Source: the human T2T-CHM13v2.0 reference genome, Homo sapiens. From it: a stretch of DNA of 64,000 nucleotides. The stretch lies in the NCBI RefSeq assembly GCF_009914755.1, contig NC_060939.1. The stretch is one strand, 5' to 3'. Of the stretch, positions 1 through 15,200 are shown piece by piece. The notes beneath the pieces are model-generated. The model saw nothing but the letters and a program-made list of their open reading frames with translations, had not been told where the DNA came from and ran no database searches. Made by a program: the position numbers and the translations under genes. The number at the start of each line of letters is the position of its first letter. The first letter of the stretch is position 1.

Positions 1-1511
<1,511 letters not shown>

Positions 1512-1547
1512 TTAGTTGATGCAGTTTCTTCCTAGTCTTGATGGTCT

Positions 1548-2564
1548 TTACATTTTGGCATGATTTTGCAGCAGCTGGTACTGGTTGTTCCTTTCCATGT
1601 TTAGCCCTTCCTTCAGGAGCTCTTTTAGGGCAGGCCTGGTGGTGACAAAATCTCTCAGCATTTGCTTGTCTGTAAAGTATTTTATTTCTCCTTCGCTTAT
1701 GAAGCTTGGTTTGGCTGGATATGAAATTCTGGGTTGAAAATTCTTGTCTTTAAGAATGTTGAATATTGGCCCCCACTCTCTTCTGGCTTGTAGGGTTTCT
1801 GCCGAGAGATCCGCTGTTAGTCTGATGGGCTTCCCATTGAGGGTAACCCGACCTTTCTCTCTGGCTGCCCTTAACATTTTTTCCTTCATTTCAACTTTGG
1901 TGAATCTGACAATTATGTGTCTTGGAGTTGCTCTTCTCGAGGAGTATCTTTATGGCGTTCTCTGTATTTCCTGAATCTGAATGTTGGCCTGCCTTGCTAG
2001 ATTGGGGAAGTTCTCCTGGATAATATCCTGCAGAGTGTTTTCCAACTTGGTTCCATTCTCCCCATCACTTTCAGGTACACCAATCAGACGTAGATTTGGT
2101 CTTTTCACATAGTCCCATATTTCTTGGAGGCTTTGCTCATTTCTTTTTATTCTTTTTTCTCTAAAATTCCCTTCTCGCTTCATTTCATTCATTTCATCAT
2201 CCATCGCTGATACTCTTTCTTCCAGTTGATCGCATCGGCTCCTGAGGCTTCTGCATTCTTCACGTAGCTCTCGAACCTTGGTTTTCAGCTCCATCAGCTC
2301 CTTTAAGCACTTCTCTGTATTGGTTATTCTAGTTATACATTCTTCTAAATGTTTTTCGAAGTTTTCAACTTCTTTGCCTTTGGTTTGAATGTCCTCCCGT
2401 AGCTCAGAGTAATTTGATCGTCTGAAGCCTTCTTCTCTCTGCTCCTCAAAGACATTCTCCATCCAGCTTTGTTCCGTTGCTGGTGAGGAACTGCGTTCCT
2501 TTGGAGGAGGAGAGGCGCTCTGGTTTTTAGAGTTTCCAGTTTTTCTGTTCTGTTTTTTCCCCAT
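1548..2564 (-). pseudogene. L1 ORF1p with a single in-frame nonsense codon
   Basis: ORFs 1950-2564 and 1548-1889 share a frame; CAA>TAA at 1950-1952. Confidence 0.92.
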
Positions 2565-2999
2565 CTTTGTGGTTTTATCTACTTTTGGTCTTTGATGATG
2601 GTGATGTACAGATGGGTTTTTGGTGTGGATGTCCTTTCTGTTTGTTAGTTTTCCTTCTAACAGACAGGACCCTCAGCTGTAGGTCTGTTGGAATACGCTG
2701 CAGTGTGAGGTGTCAGTGTGCCCCTGCTGGGGGGTGCCTCCCAGTTAGGCTGCTCAGGGGTCAGGGGCCAGGGACCCACTTGAGGAGGCAGTCTGCCCGT
2801 TCTCAGATCTCCAGCTGCGTGCTGGGAGAACCACTGCTCTCTTCAAAGCTGTCAGACAGGGACATTTAAGTCTGCAGAGGTTACTGCTGTCTTTTTGTTT
2901 GTCTGTGCCCTGCCCCCAGAGGTGGAGCCTACAGAGGCAGGCAGGCCTCCTTGAGCTGTGGTGGGCTCCGCCCAGTTGGAGCTTCCTGGCTGCTTTGTT

Positions 3000-3456
3000 T
3001 ACCTAATCAAGCCTGGGCTATGGCGGGCGCCCCTCCCCCAGCCTCGCTGTCGCCTTGCAGTTTGATCTCAGACTGCTGTGCTAGCAATCAGTGAGACTCC
3101 ATGGGCGTAGGACCCTCTGAGCCAGGTGCGGGATATAATCTCGTGGTGCGCCGCTTTTTAAGCCCGTCGGAAAAGCGCAGTATTTGGGTGGGAGTGACCC
3201 GATTTTCCAGGTGCCGTCCGTCACCCCTTTCTTTGACTCGGAAAGGGAACTCCCTGACCCCTTGCGCTTCCCAAGTGAGGCAATGCCTCGCCCTGCTTCG
3301 GCTGGCGCACGGTGCACGCACCCACTGACCTGCGCCCACTGTCTGGCACTCCCTAGTGAGATGAACCCAGTACCTCAGATGGAAATGCAGAAATCACCGT
3401 CTTCTGCGTCACTCAGGCCGGAGCTGTTCCTATTCGGCCATCTTGGCTCCTTCCCC
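3000..3456. promoter_or_regulatory. L1 5'UTR sense and antisense promoter region with intact YY1 site
   Basis: CAAGATGGCCG on the minus strand at ~3435-3445; residual CpG island; ORF0 start ATGGCGGGCGCC at 3020 on plus. Confidence 0.7.
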
Positions 3457-3978
3457 GCTAAATCACTTTCTTTTATCTCTGTTGCTCTCTACTGAACTGT
3501 AAATTAATTGCTCAAAATTGGAGTTCTCACTACTCCTCCCAAACAATGTGATGTTTTGGGTCTCTTTTGTTTAAAAAATCCTTTAACTTTTTTTAGAAAA
3601 AAAATCATAAGAATTTATGGGAATCTTTGAAAAAGATTTCAAGGAAAAATTCAAATATTATAGGAAAACATAACCATGTCTTGCCAAAGGCAGAAAACTT
3701 TTAGGAATATAAGGACTGCTTTCATGGGCCAGGATCACTCTTCCGCAAATGCAGCATGCTCTCTCTAAGGTATCATGAAGGGTGGTGCAGATTAAAGTCA
3801 TCACTTCAAAAATTATATGAATACTCTGTATTCCCTCATTAGTCTGTTATGGAATTGTCACACATTTATTTGCCCAATGTGCCTTTTGGAAAACCAGCAA
3901 GACATCTTTGGATAATTAGTCCTTTAACATTCCCTACTTGAGACAACTTTTAGAATTTTAGAGCTAAAAGAAACCTCA

Positions 3979-4226
3979 GTTTGGGCAATGGTAAAACTCT
4001 TTCTCTACAAAAAACAAAAACAAAAGTTAGCCAGGCATGGTGATGCATGCCCATAGTGTTAGCTACTCAGAGGGCTGAGGCAGGAGGATCGCTTGAGCCC
4101 TGGGGGTGGGGGTGGGAGTGGGAGTTAAAGCTGCAGTGAGCTGTGATCGTGCCATTGCACTCCAGCCTAGGTGACAAGAGTTAAACCCTGTCTCAAAAAA
4201 CAAACAAACAAACAAACAAAAAAACC
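3979..4226 (+). mobile_element. 5'-truncated AluJ inserted in a MIR
   Basis: Alu right arm with (CAAA)n tail; TSD AAAGAAACCTCA at 3967-3978 and 4227-4238. Confidence 0.88.
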
Positions 4227-4480
4227 AAAGAAACCTCATACATCTTCAACTGCCTCATTTTATAGATGAACCAACTGACAAAGACTGGTTAAAATGCTTG
4301 CCTATGTCACACAAGTTTAATGGCAGAATCTATTCTCTTGATCTTCAATCCAGAGTTTCAACATATCATACAAGTTTACCTGATTTCTATAACCTTTTAC
4401 TGAATTCAAATTTGCTTCTTTGAAGTTTCGGAGGGGTCTATTTTAACTAACTTGAATTTAATGAAGAATCTATGCTTACT

Positions 4481-4485
<5 letters not shown>

Positions 4486-4533
<48 letters not shown>

Positions 4534-4538
4534 TATAT
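4486..4538. repeat. (TA)n microsatellite
   Basis: Direct observation. Confidence 0.95.
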
Positions 4539-4547
4539 GCTGAATAA

Positions 4548-4646
4548 GGGCAAGGGCTGTGACTGTTTACAATTGTATCCTGAGAACTTATCACAGGGTC
4601 TGGCATATAGGTATTCAATGGATTGTTGTAGACTGAATGAATGAAC
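4548..4646 (+). mobile_element. L2 3' end fragment
   Basis: ...tgtatcc...gtctggcatataggtattcaat...tgaatgaatgaa resembles the L2 terminus. Confidence 0.65.
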
Positions 4647-5630
4647 AAGTTGGATCACATGCACTCTCAGTTTTAACCTTTGTAAAGAGAAAATAAATCT
4701 AGAGTTCTTCAGTTTAACTTTGTTCTCTTGATCATTTCAGATATTTTTATCTAGACTTTCTTCTAGCTCCATTATGTTTCTTTTGGTGAGGTAGTAAGAA
4801 CTGTGAATAGATACCAATAATCTCAATAAGTACAATTTCCTTCGCATTACCTTACACTGGTTAGCAATAGCACTTATTTGACACTTTTTGCCCCAAATTT
4901 GTAAGTACAACACATTAATTCTTGTTGGTCTGACCTTTCAATATGCCCTCAAATTTGCTTTTATTTACTCTGCTGGAATAAATTCCTCCTTCCAAATCAA
5001 TTATAAAAATGTTAAACGAGACTATATTTAGCACCTATTAACCTTTTTCTAACCAGAAGGGCTCATCAGCCTCTGTATTTTTGTATCCTGGATTTAAATA
5101 AATTGTAAATACAACCAAATTTGAGTGTCTAACATGTGCAAGGACAACTCTCTTGTCCTTGATAAATAATATACAATATTCTTTGGTATGGAGAAGAATT
5201 AGAAGACTTTTAGATTCATGAAAAGGGCCTTTAAAAAGTCCAAGTAAAAAATCATGTTTTAGTTTCGCCTTATGTATTGATTTATTTATTGCCTTCCACT
5301 CTCTAACCCCAGATACACACTCCTATCATACCTAAGAATTCTATAGGAATCCTTTTATTCACCAATCCTACACCACTGTCCTTGCACTCTCTGACCTCCC
5401 TCCTGTCATCCTGAAGAACTCTACAGAAATCCTTTTATTCATTAATCCTGCCCCCCTTTATTATAAATGCTACTACAGAAGCTTAGAGCTGGAATGAATC
5501 TTAAGAGATTTCTAAGTGTAATTCCCATATACCAGCTTGATATTCACCAATAATAAAACAAATCACTATGGCCAAGTATAGTATTTTACCTCTTTAATAT
5601 ATCAGCATGCCATATTACACATACTACTTA

Positions 5631-5795
<165 letters not shown>

Positions 5796-6139
5796 TCATT
5801 AACGATTTTTGAGCTAGGCCTAAATGTTCCACTAAAGAACTGTATACAAATACACTATCAACGACCAAACCAAACTTAGGACATCTAGTAGATAATTGTC
5901 CACCTATGGTTGTGAGCTGTTTGCTATAGCTAGTGTAAGACTGAAGTTACTGCCCTGCTCCATCCCTCCCCATGCAGGTGATAGAGCACTGACAAAGTAT
6001 TTGTTCTGGTCAAAAATCACCTTTAAGTGGATATCTGCTCATGTACTTACCTGTTCATTTGCCTACACTTACCAAATAAATCATCAAACTTTAAAACAAA
6101 ATTATATAAAAATTGCTTATTTCTATTTGCTCAGCATTC

Positions 6140-6243
6140 TCATATAATATATATATATACACACATATATATATACACATGTATACACATACATATACAT
6201 ATATACATACACACACACACACACACATATATATGTATATATA
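6140..6243. repeat. Compound (TA)/(CA) microsatellite
   Basis: Direct observation. Confidence 0.9.
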
Positions 6244-7191
6244 ACTACTTGGAAATCTTACTAAAGCATTCTGTGCTCCAGAATGGAATTTGCACCAGAG
6301 AGATCCTGAACAGACAAATCTCCCCCTACAATCCTTCCTAAAGCCAGGCCCCCTGCCTCAGCCTGACATATCCATTAAACACTGTAAACTTTTACTATAT
6401 GGAAGTATTACTTATAAATAAATACCGAAATGGACACCAAAGATAGGACAAGGGAAGCTACTCTACTGATTGTGACATCCATCTCAGCTATCTGTAAGAA
6501 TAATTTATTTAATTTCAAAGAAAACACTGAGCAAGTGTCTAGGACATAACATGATTAAAACAGTGATAAAAGTTGGTCTGAGGGAAAAAAAGATAAAACT
6601 CAAATAATTTGCATTTCATTTATTTCTATATACAGTTTTAAAAAATAGAATGATAAGCATAATTTATATGAATGAGATGAATTCTGAGAAATACTTAAAA
6701 GGTTAAGGAAACTCTTTTAAAAATTAGAATGACTGAATGAACAGCTTCTCTCCACAGTTTCTATAATTTTTAATGATGAAACTATAGTAATACCCCAAGC
6801 ACTTAACACACCTTACATTTATGAATTCATGTTTCATACAGGCAATTTCACTTTATTTTCTGTTTTATATTCTATGATGTGTTTATCTGATAGTACCTAA
6901 AAAAACTCTTATACCTTATTCCTTATGATACTTATCTGTTTATTCTTTGGTTTTCTGTTCAATTTTCACAATCCCTCACACTGCATAAACATAGTCATCT
7001 GTCTATGAAACAAAACCCAAATTGCATGTCATAGCATTTACCCAATTGCACAAATAAATTAACAAAAACTGCAAGTAAATACTTAACCAAATATCACCAA
7101 AGACTAAAATGATGTATTGTTTTGCCAGTATGTTTTCTAATCATTTCAGGAATATTGCAAAAACTCTAACAACCAAAACATACAGACCTCA

Positions 7192-7335
<144 letters not shown>

Positions 7336-8961
7336 CTATTTACAAAGGATTAAAAAGAAAGATCATTTTTAAAAAACACTCATTTTTCCCCAAACAAAAT
7401 TTACTAACATCTCCCTAAACGATAATGACTATTTAAATTTAAAACAGATGAATCATCTGTCTTTTCTCATCACTAAAATAATACAATGAGGTTATTTGAT
7501 AAATTTATTGCATACAAAAATTTAATAAAAGAAAATGGCACTTCCCTATTAGTTCTTACATCATGGGCATAAATAGAATTATTGACCAAGGCTCAAAAAA
7601 AGCTTCTCATTTTTAATCACATTTAAAGAAGGAGGGTTTTACTTGTCCTATAGGACAAGTACTGGACCAGGAATCAAGAGAAACAGTTATTAGTTAACTA
7701 ACCGTTAACTGGCTATGAGGTTTTCAGCACTTTTACAGCAAATTTTCTGTAGAACTATAAAATGAATGACATAATTTCTAGAATCCGTTTCTAATTTTCC
7801 AATATTTACAACATGTGACTGATGGTGCTACTGTTACCTGTGGATGGAACTGAGGTTAAAAACACTGAAATAAAACCAGTAACTCTTTCCAGACCTTACA
7901 GATGTAATTATTTGTTGGCTTGCCAACAGTAGCTATTTAGAGAATCTACTTGTAAGATTTTCTGTTGCTACTGTTCTGCAACTATGTCATTTTGTCTCTA
8001 AATGTAACCTTTAAAATAATTTTTGCCTTCCTACCTTTCTTCTAAACTCAGTTTGCCATAATGGCTCCAAATGTGCCACAAATCCTATTATAATAAAAAT
8101 ATTCATAGTAAAATTCTGGTAGCCTAATCTAAGCAAAATTCCATTGCAATGAAAAATGTGGACAGATTACTGGCATTCCTGGTAGAATTTATTCTTACTT
8201 AATAAAGCACAGTTTAAACAGAGATTCAGTTTTTGAAAATACTTAACATGATATAACCAAGCCTATTCTTAGTCTTATCAGAAGATATCCACAAAAGTTT
8301 AATCTTAGAATCCATCCACATAATGATTTAATCAATCACATGCAAATAGCTCCCAAATTTACATTTTTAAAATCCCATGGCCTACAGGTATTTTCCAATT
8401 GGCTCTTGCTCCAATACCTAATGTTATCAGCTATACCCTTGTGTAGCTCTCCCCTCAAAGAAAACAAACACACATTCTCTTCTTAATTGCTACTTATCAT
8501 CACCTTCTTTTCTCTAGTTTCCACAGTGTTCAGTTTGGGAGTGTGTTTAACTCTTTTTCTCTTGGTGCATTCCACATTAATCCTTTATTTAGCCCTCTAA
8601 CACTCTGCCCCATCTTCTTCCAGTCTCGATTTTTCACTGCCACCACAGTAGTCTAGGTCTTCAGCTGTCTTTCTTTCAAGAATAAGGATAATTCGTTTGC
8701 TTATGCATTACTTTTGTTTTCTGCTATGTTCCACAAGTGGCATAAAATAACTATGAACCTATACTATGTATCACAAATCATACAAAGAGTGAACAATACA
8801 ACAAAGATGAACAACACACCACCACCACAGTTCTTGCCCTTAATGAACTTTTAATGACACTTAAATTTCTAAAATGTCTAACCAGCTGGTTTTCCTACCT
8901 CCGATGTCACCCCACTTTAATGTCTTAAATATGGTTCCTGAAATTTTTTTTTGTCAAATTG

Positions 8962-9243
<282 letters not shown>

Positions 9244-10104
9244 CAAATATTATTAACATCACCCACTTAATCACACCAATGCCAATCATATTAAATTAAG
9301 AGAAGGTTATAATAATAAAATACCTAATATTATGAGCCATGTCTGAGAAAGTGTAATAAAAATATCATTTTTGATCATAAAGAAAAAAATCTACTGTTGG
9401 AGAAACCTTGGATTCTATATAGCTTTCAAATTTTAAATATACTGGAAAAAAGAATAGAAAAGAAATTCCAGAACATAGAAGAAATTTCAGAAGATGTTCT
9501 AAATTAGTATTAAGCACCAAAGAGATGATTTAGAAGATGGCAAAAAAAAGTTTTGAAAAAGATTAAAGTCAGTGTCCTAATTTTTTTTAAAACAATGAAA
9601 ACTTGTAACTGTTCAATTACTGTTTTCATTGCCATATGGGGTACAACACATAGAAGAAAAAATTTGGAGAGCAGCATGAAAACTGATAATAACAAAATTC
9701 TATAAAGCAAACAAAAAAAATGACTCAAGTGTATAGTGATGGCATTTCAGTCCAGCAAGGCTGGGCTCATCATCAAGATTTCTGGTTTTGGATATACTGT
9801 GTCATCCACTGCTAATTAGTGGCTTCTGAAACAATGCTCACTGGTTTAGGAGAAGACCCTAACCTTGCTTGATTGTCAAGGCAAGAGTATCATGTGGCAA
9901 GTATGTTAAACATCTGATTATTTGATATGCTTTATGACAATTTAAATGATAAGAATTAAAAGTTTTCTGTTCTATGTTGAAATTCGTTGGTGGTCAAAAA
10001 AAATTCCTTTGGCTGGATTTATAAAATAAATCATAATGGTATTCTATTTTTGGAGCACCAGAGAAAAGACCAACTTCATAAACTTTAAAAATTATAATTT
10101 TTTA

Positions 10105-10425
10105 TTTAGCCATAAAAGGAATGGAGTACTGATACATGCTACAACATGGATGAACCTTGAAAACATTGTGCTAAGTGAAAGAAGCCAGACACATATCATG
10201 TGATTCTGTTTATATTAAATATCCAAAATAGGCAAATCCCTAGGGACAGAAAGCAGCTTAGTGTTTCCCAGAGGCAGATGACTGCTTAAAGGGTACTGAG
10301 TTTCCTTTTGGGGTGAGGAAAAGGTTTTGAAACTAGATTCAGATGGTACTTGTACAACACAGTTAATGTACTAAATATCACTAATGGTAAATTTTATGCT
10401 ATGTATATTTTACTACAATAAAAAA
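10105..10425 (+). mobile_element. L1MB 3' end fragment
   Basis: agccataaaaggaatggagtactgatacatgctacaacatggatgaaccttgaaaacatt... Confidence 0.85.
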
Positions 10426-10430
10426 TCTAA

Positions 10431-10725
<295 letters not shown>

Positions 10726-11479
10726 TAAAAACTCTAATTTTTAACAGAGATTTGCACATTTGGAAAACATATCTGATGATTCGAAGTGAAACTTAAATGA
10801 CAAACAACATTTGTAGACTTAAAAGTCTTCACTTACTTGAGTTGAAGAAGTTCTCAAAGAAAAGCTAGTGAAAACGGTTTCAAATTTAGGCAGAACCTCA
10901 AATATTATTCAAGTCTTTTGAATGAGGTAGCTGATAATTTCATACTATTGCAGTTGAAGATCTTGCCTGAAAACTTAAAAGACCTCTTTCTCATGCACTT
11001 CAATCTTTGCAAAAAGATATTAAAAAGGAATCTTTGAACTCAAGTTTGATTTATATGTCAAACACATTCCAGGAAACAATTTTGGAGAATTTTCAAAAAA
11101 TATCCTTGGTTATTTCCAGCAAGTGAGCCGACCTTGCATGTCATCATCCCATTTTCATAAGCAAAGATTTATGAAGACGGTTTTTCTGAACTTTTAGCTA
11201 TGAAAGCACAACAATGCTACAAACTTAATGACGATTGAGATGGTACTTTGACCTTTCACATTCTGGACAGAAAAGCCTGTAGCAAACAATCAGATTCAAC
11301 ATTCATTTTTATATTATGTGATCAAGGGGAAAATGAAGGCATAGTGTAAGATCAAGTTGCTTTTGGAGGTTGAAGGTGGACTTTGGTGTTTGAATCCTGC
11401 CACGCAACCCCCTTCCCTTCTAAAACTTTGGTTGACAAAAAATACTGACATAAGAACTAGTAACATGAAGCTAATTCTT

Positions 11480-12195
<716 letters not shown>

Positions 12196-12274
12196 AAAAT
12201 TAGACTCTTTCCTCTAGCACCTTTGAGGAAACTGAAGGATCCTTTTTACATATGCAGATAAAAATGTGGAAACA

Positions 12275-15200
12275 GACAGGAACAGCACCGGTCTGCAATT
12301 CCCAGCGAGATTGATGCAGAAGGCGGGTGATTTCTGCACTTCCAACTGAGGTACCTGGTTCATCTCACTGGGACTGGCTGGAATGTGTGTGCAGCCCACG
12401 GAGGGCGAGGCGAAGCAGGGTGGGGCGTCACTTCACCTGGGAAGCACAAGGTGTCGGGGAATTTTCCCCCCTACCCAAGGGAAGCTGTGAGGGACTGAGC
12501 CTGAAGAACTCCAGCACAGACACTGCGCTTGTCCCATGGTCTTCGTAACCCACAAACCAGGAGATTCCCTCTGGTGACTACCCTACCAGGGCCCTGGGTT
12601 TCAAGCACAGAACTGGCTGGCCAATTGGGCAGACACCGAACTAGATGCAGGAGCTTTTTTTTTTTTCTTCTTTGCCATACCCCAGTGGCATGTGGAATGC
12701 CACTAAGACAGAACCATTTACTCCCCTGGAAAGGGGCGCTGAAGCCAGGGAGTCAAGTGGTCTGGCTCAGCGGGTCCCACTCCCACGGAGCCCAGGAAAC
12801 TAAGATCCGCTGGCTTGAAATTCTCGCTGCCAGCACAGCAGCAATCTGAGATGCACCTGAGACAGTCGACCTTGGTCGGGGGGTTGCGGGGTGGGGCGGG
12901 GGGGTCGGCCATTGCTGAAGCTTGAGTAGGCAGTTTCACAGCCACAGGATAAACAAAGCTGCTGGGAAGTTCAAACTGGGTGGAGCCCACTGCAGCTCAG
13001 CAAGGCTGCGGTGGCCAGACTGCCTGATTGCCCCTCTCTGGACAGGGCATCTCTGTAAAACAGGCAGCAGCCCCAGTCAGTGGCTTATAGCAGACTTAAA
13101 CATCCCTGCCTGATGGCTCTGAAGAGAGCAGCAGAACTCCCAGTGCAGCGTTCCAGCTCTGCTAAGGCTCAGTCTGTCTCCTCAAGTGGGTCCCTGACCC
13201 CTGTGTATACTGACTAGGAGACACCTCCCAGATGGGGCCGACAGACACCTCATACAGGAGAGCTCTGGCTGGCATCTGGCAGGTGCTCCGCTGGGTCGCA
13301 GCTTCCAGAGGAAACAACAGGCAGCAATCATTGCTGCTCTGCAGCCTCCGCTGGTGATACCCAGACAAACAGGGTCGGGAGTTAACACATCCACTCAAAG
13401 ACCCCACTGGAAGGTCACCAACATCAAAGACAAAAGGTAGATAAATCCACAAAGATGAGGGAAAACCAACGCAAAACGGCTAACAATTCCAAAAACCAGA
13501 ACGCCTTTCCTCCTCCAAAGGATCACAACCCCTCGCCAGCAAGGGAACAAAATTGGATGCAGAATGAGTTTGAAGAACTGACAAAAGTAGGCTTCAGAAG
13601 GTGGGTAATAACGAACAACTTTGAGCTAAAGCACCAGGTTCTAACCCAATGCAAGGAAGCTAATAACCTTGAAAAAAGGTTAGTCGAATTGCTAACTAGA
13701 ATAACCAAGGTAGAGAAGAACATAAATGACCTGATGGAGCTGAAAAACACAGCACGAGAACTTCGTGTAGCATACACAAGTATTAATAGCCAAATCGATC
13801 AACCAGAAGAAAGGATATCAGCTGAAGATCAACTTAATGAAATAAAGCGAGAAGACAAGATTAGAGGGAAAAAAAAAAGGTACGAGTCAAGCCTCCAAGA
13901 AATATGGGACTACGTGAAAAGACCAAATCTACATTTGATTGGTATACCTGAAAGTGACAGGGAGAATGGAACTAAGTTGGAAAACACTCTTCAGGATATT
14001 ATCCAGAACTTCTCCAACCGAGCAAGACAGGCCAACATTCAAATTTAGGAAATACAGAGACCACCACAAAGATACTCCTCGAGAAGAGCAACCCCAAGAC
14101 ACATAATCGTCAGATTCACCAAGGTTGAAATGAAATAAAAAATGGTAAGGGCAGCCAGACAGAAAGGTCAGGTTACCCACAAAGGGAAGCCCATCAGACT
14201 AACAGCAGCTCTCTCGGCAGAAACCCTACAAGCCAGAAGAGAGTGGGAGCCAATATTCAACATTCTTAAAGAAAAGAATTTTCAACCCAGAATTTCATAT
14301 TCAGCCAAACTAAGCTTCATAAGTGAAGGAGAAATAAAATCCTTTACAGACAAGCAAATGCTGAGGGATTCTGTCACTGCCAGACCTGCCTTACAAGAGG
14401 TCCTGAAAGAAGCACTAAACATGGAAAGGAATAACTGGTACCAGCCACTGCAAAAACATACCAAATTGTAAAGAACATCGACACTATTAAGAAACTGCAT
14501 TAACTAATGGGCAAAACAACCAGATAGCATCATAACGACAGGATCAAATTCACACATAACAATATTAACCTTAAATGTAAATAAGCTAAATGCCCCAATT
14601 AAAAGACACAGACTGGCAAATTAGATAAAGAGTCAAGACCCATCAGTGTGCTGTATTCAGGAGACCTATCTCATGTGCAAAGACACACATAGGCTCAAAT
14701 AAAGGGATGGAGGAAGATCCACCAAGCAAATGGAAAGCAAAAAAAAGTAGGGGTTGCAATCCTGGTCTCTGATAAAACAGACTTTAAACCAACAAAGATC
14801 AAGAGACAAAGAAGGGCATTACATAATGGTAAAGGGAACAATGTAGCAAGAAGAGCTAACTATCCTAAATATATACGCAGCCAATACAGGAGCACCCAGA
14901 TTCATAAAGCAAGTTCTTAGAGACCTATAAAGAGACTTAGACTCCCACACAATAATAGTAGGAGACTTTAACACCCCACTGTCAATATTAGATAAATGAG
15001 ATAGAAAATTAACAAGGATATTCAGGACTTGAACTCGGCTCTGGACCAAGTGGACCTAATAGACATCTACAGAACTCTCCACCCCAAATCAACAGAGTAT
15101 ACATTCTTCTCAGCACTTCATCACACTTATGCTAAAACTGACCACATAATTGGAAGTAAAACACTCCTCAGCAAATGCAAAAGAAGGGAAATCATAACAT

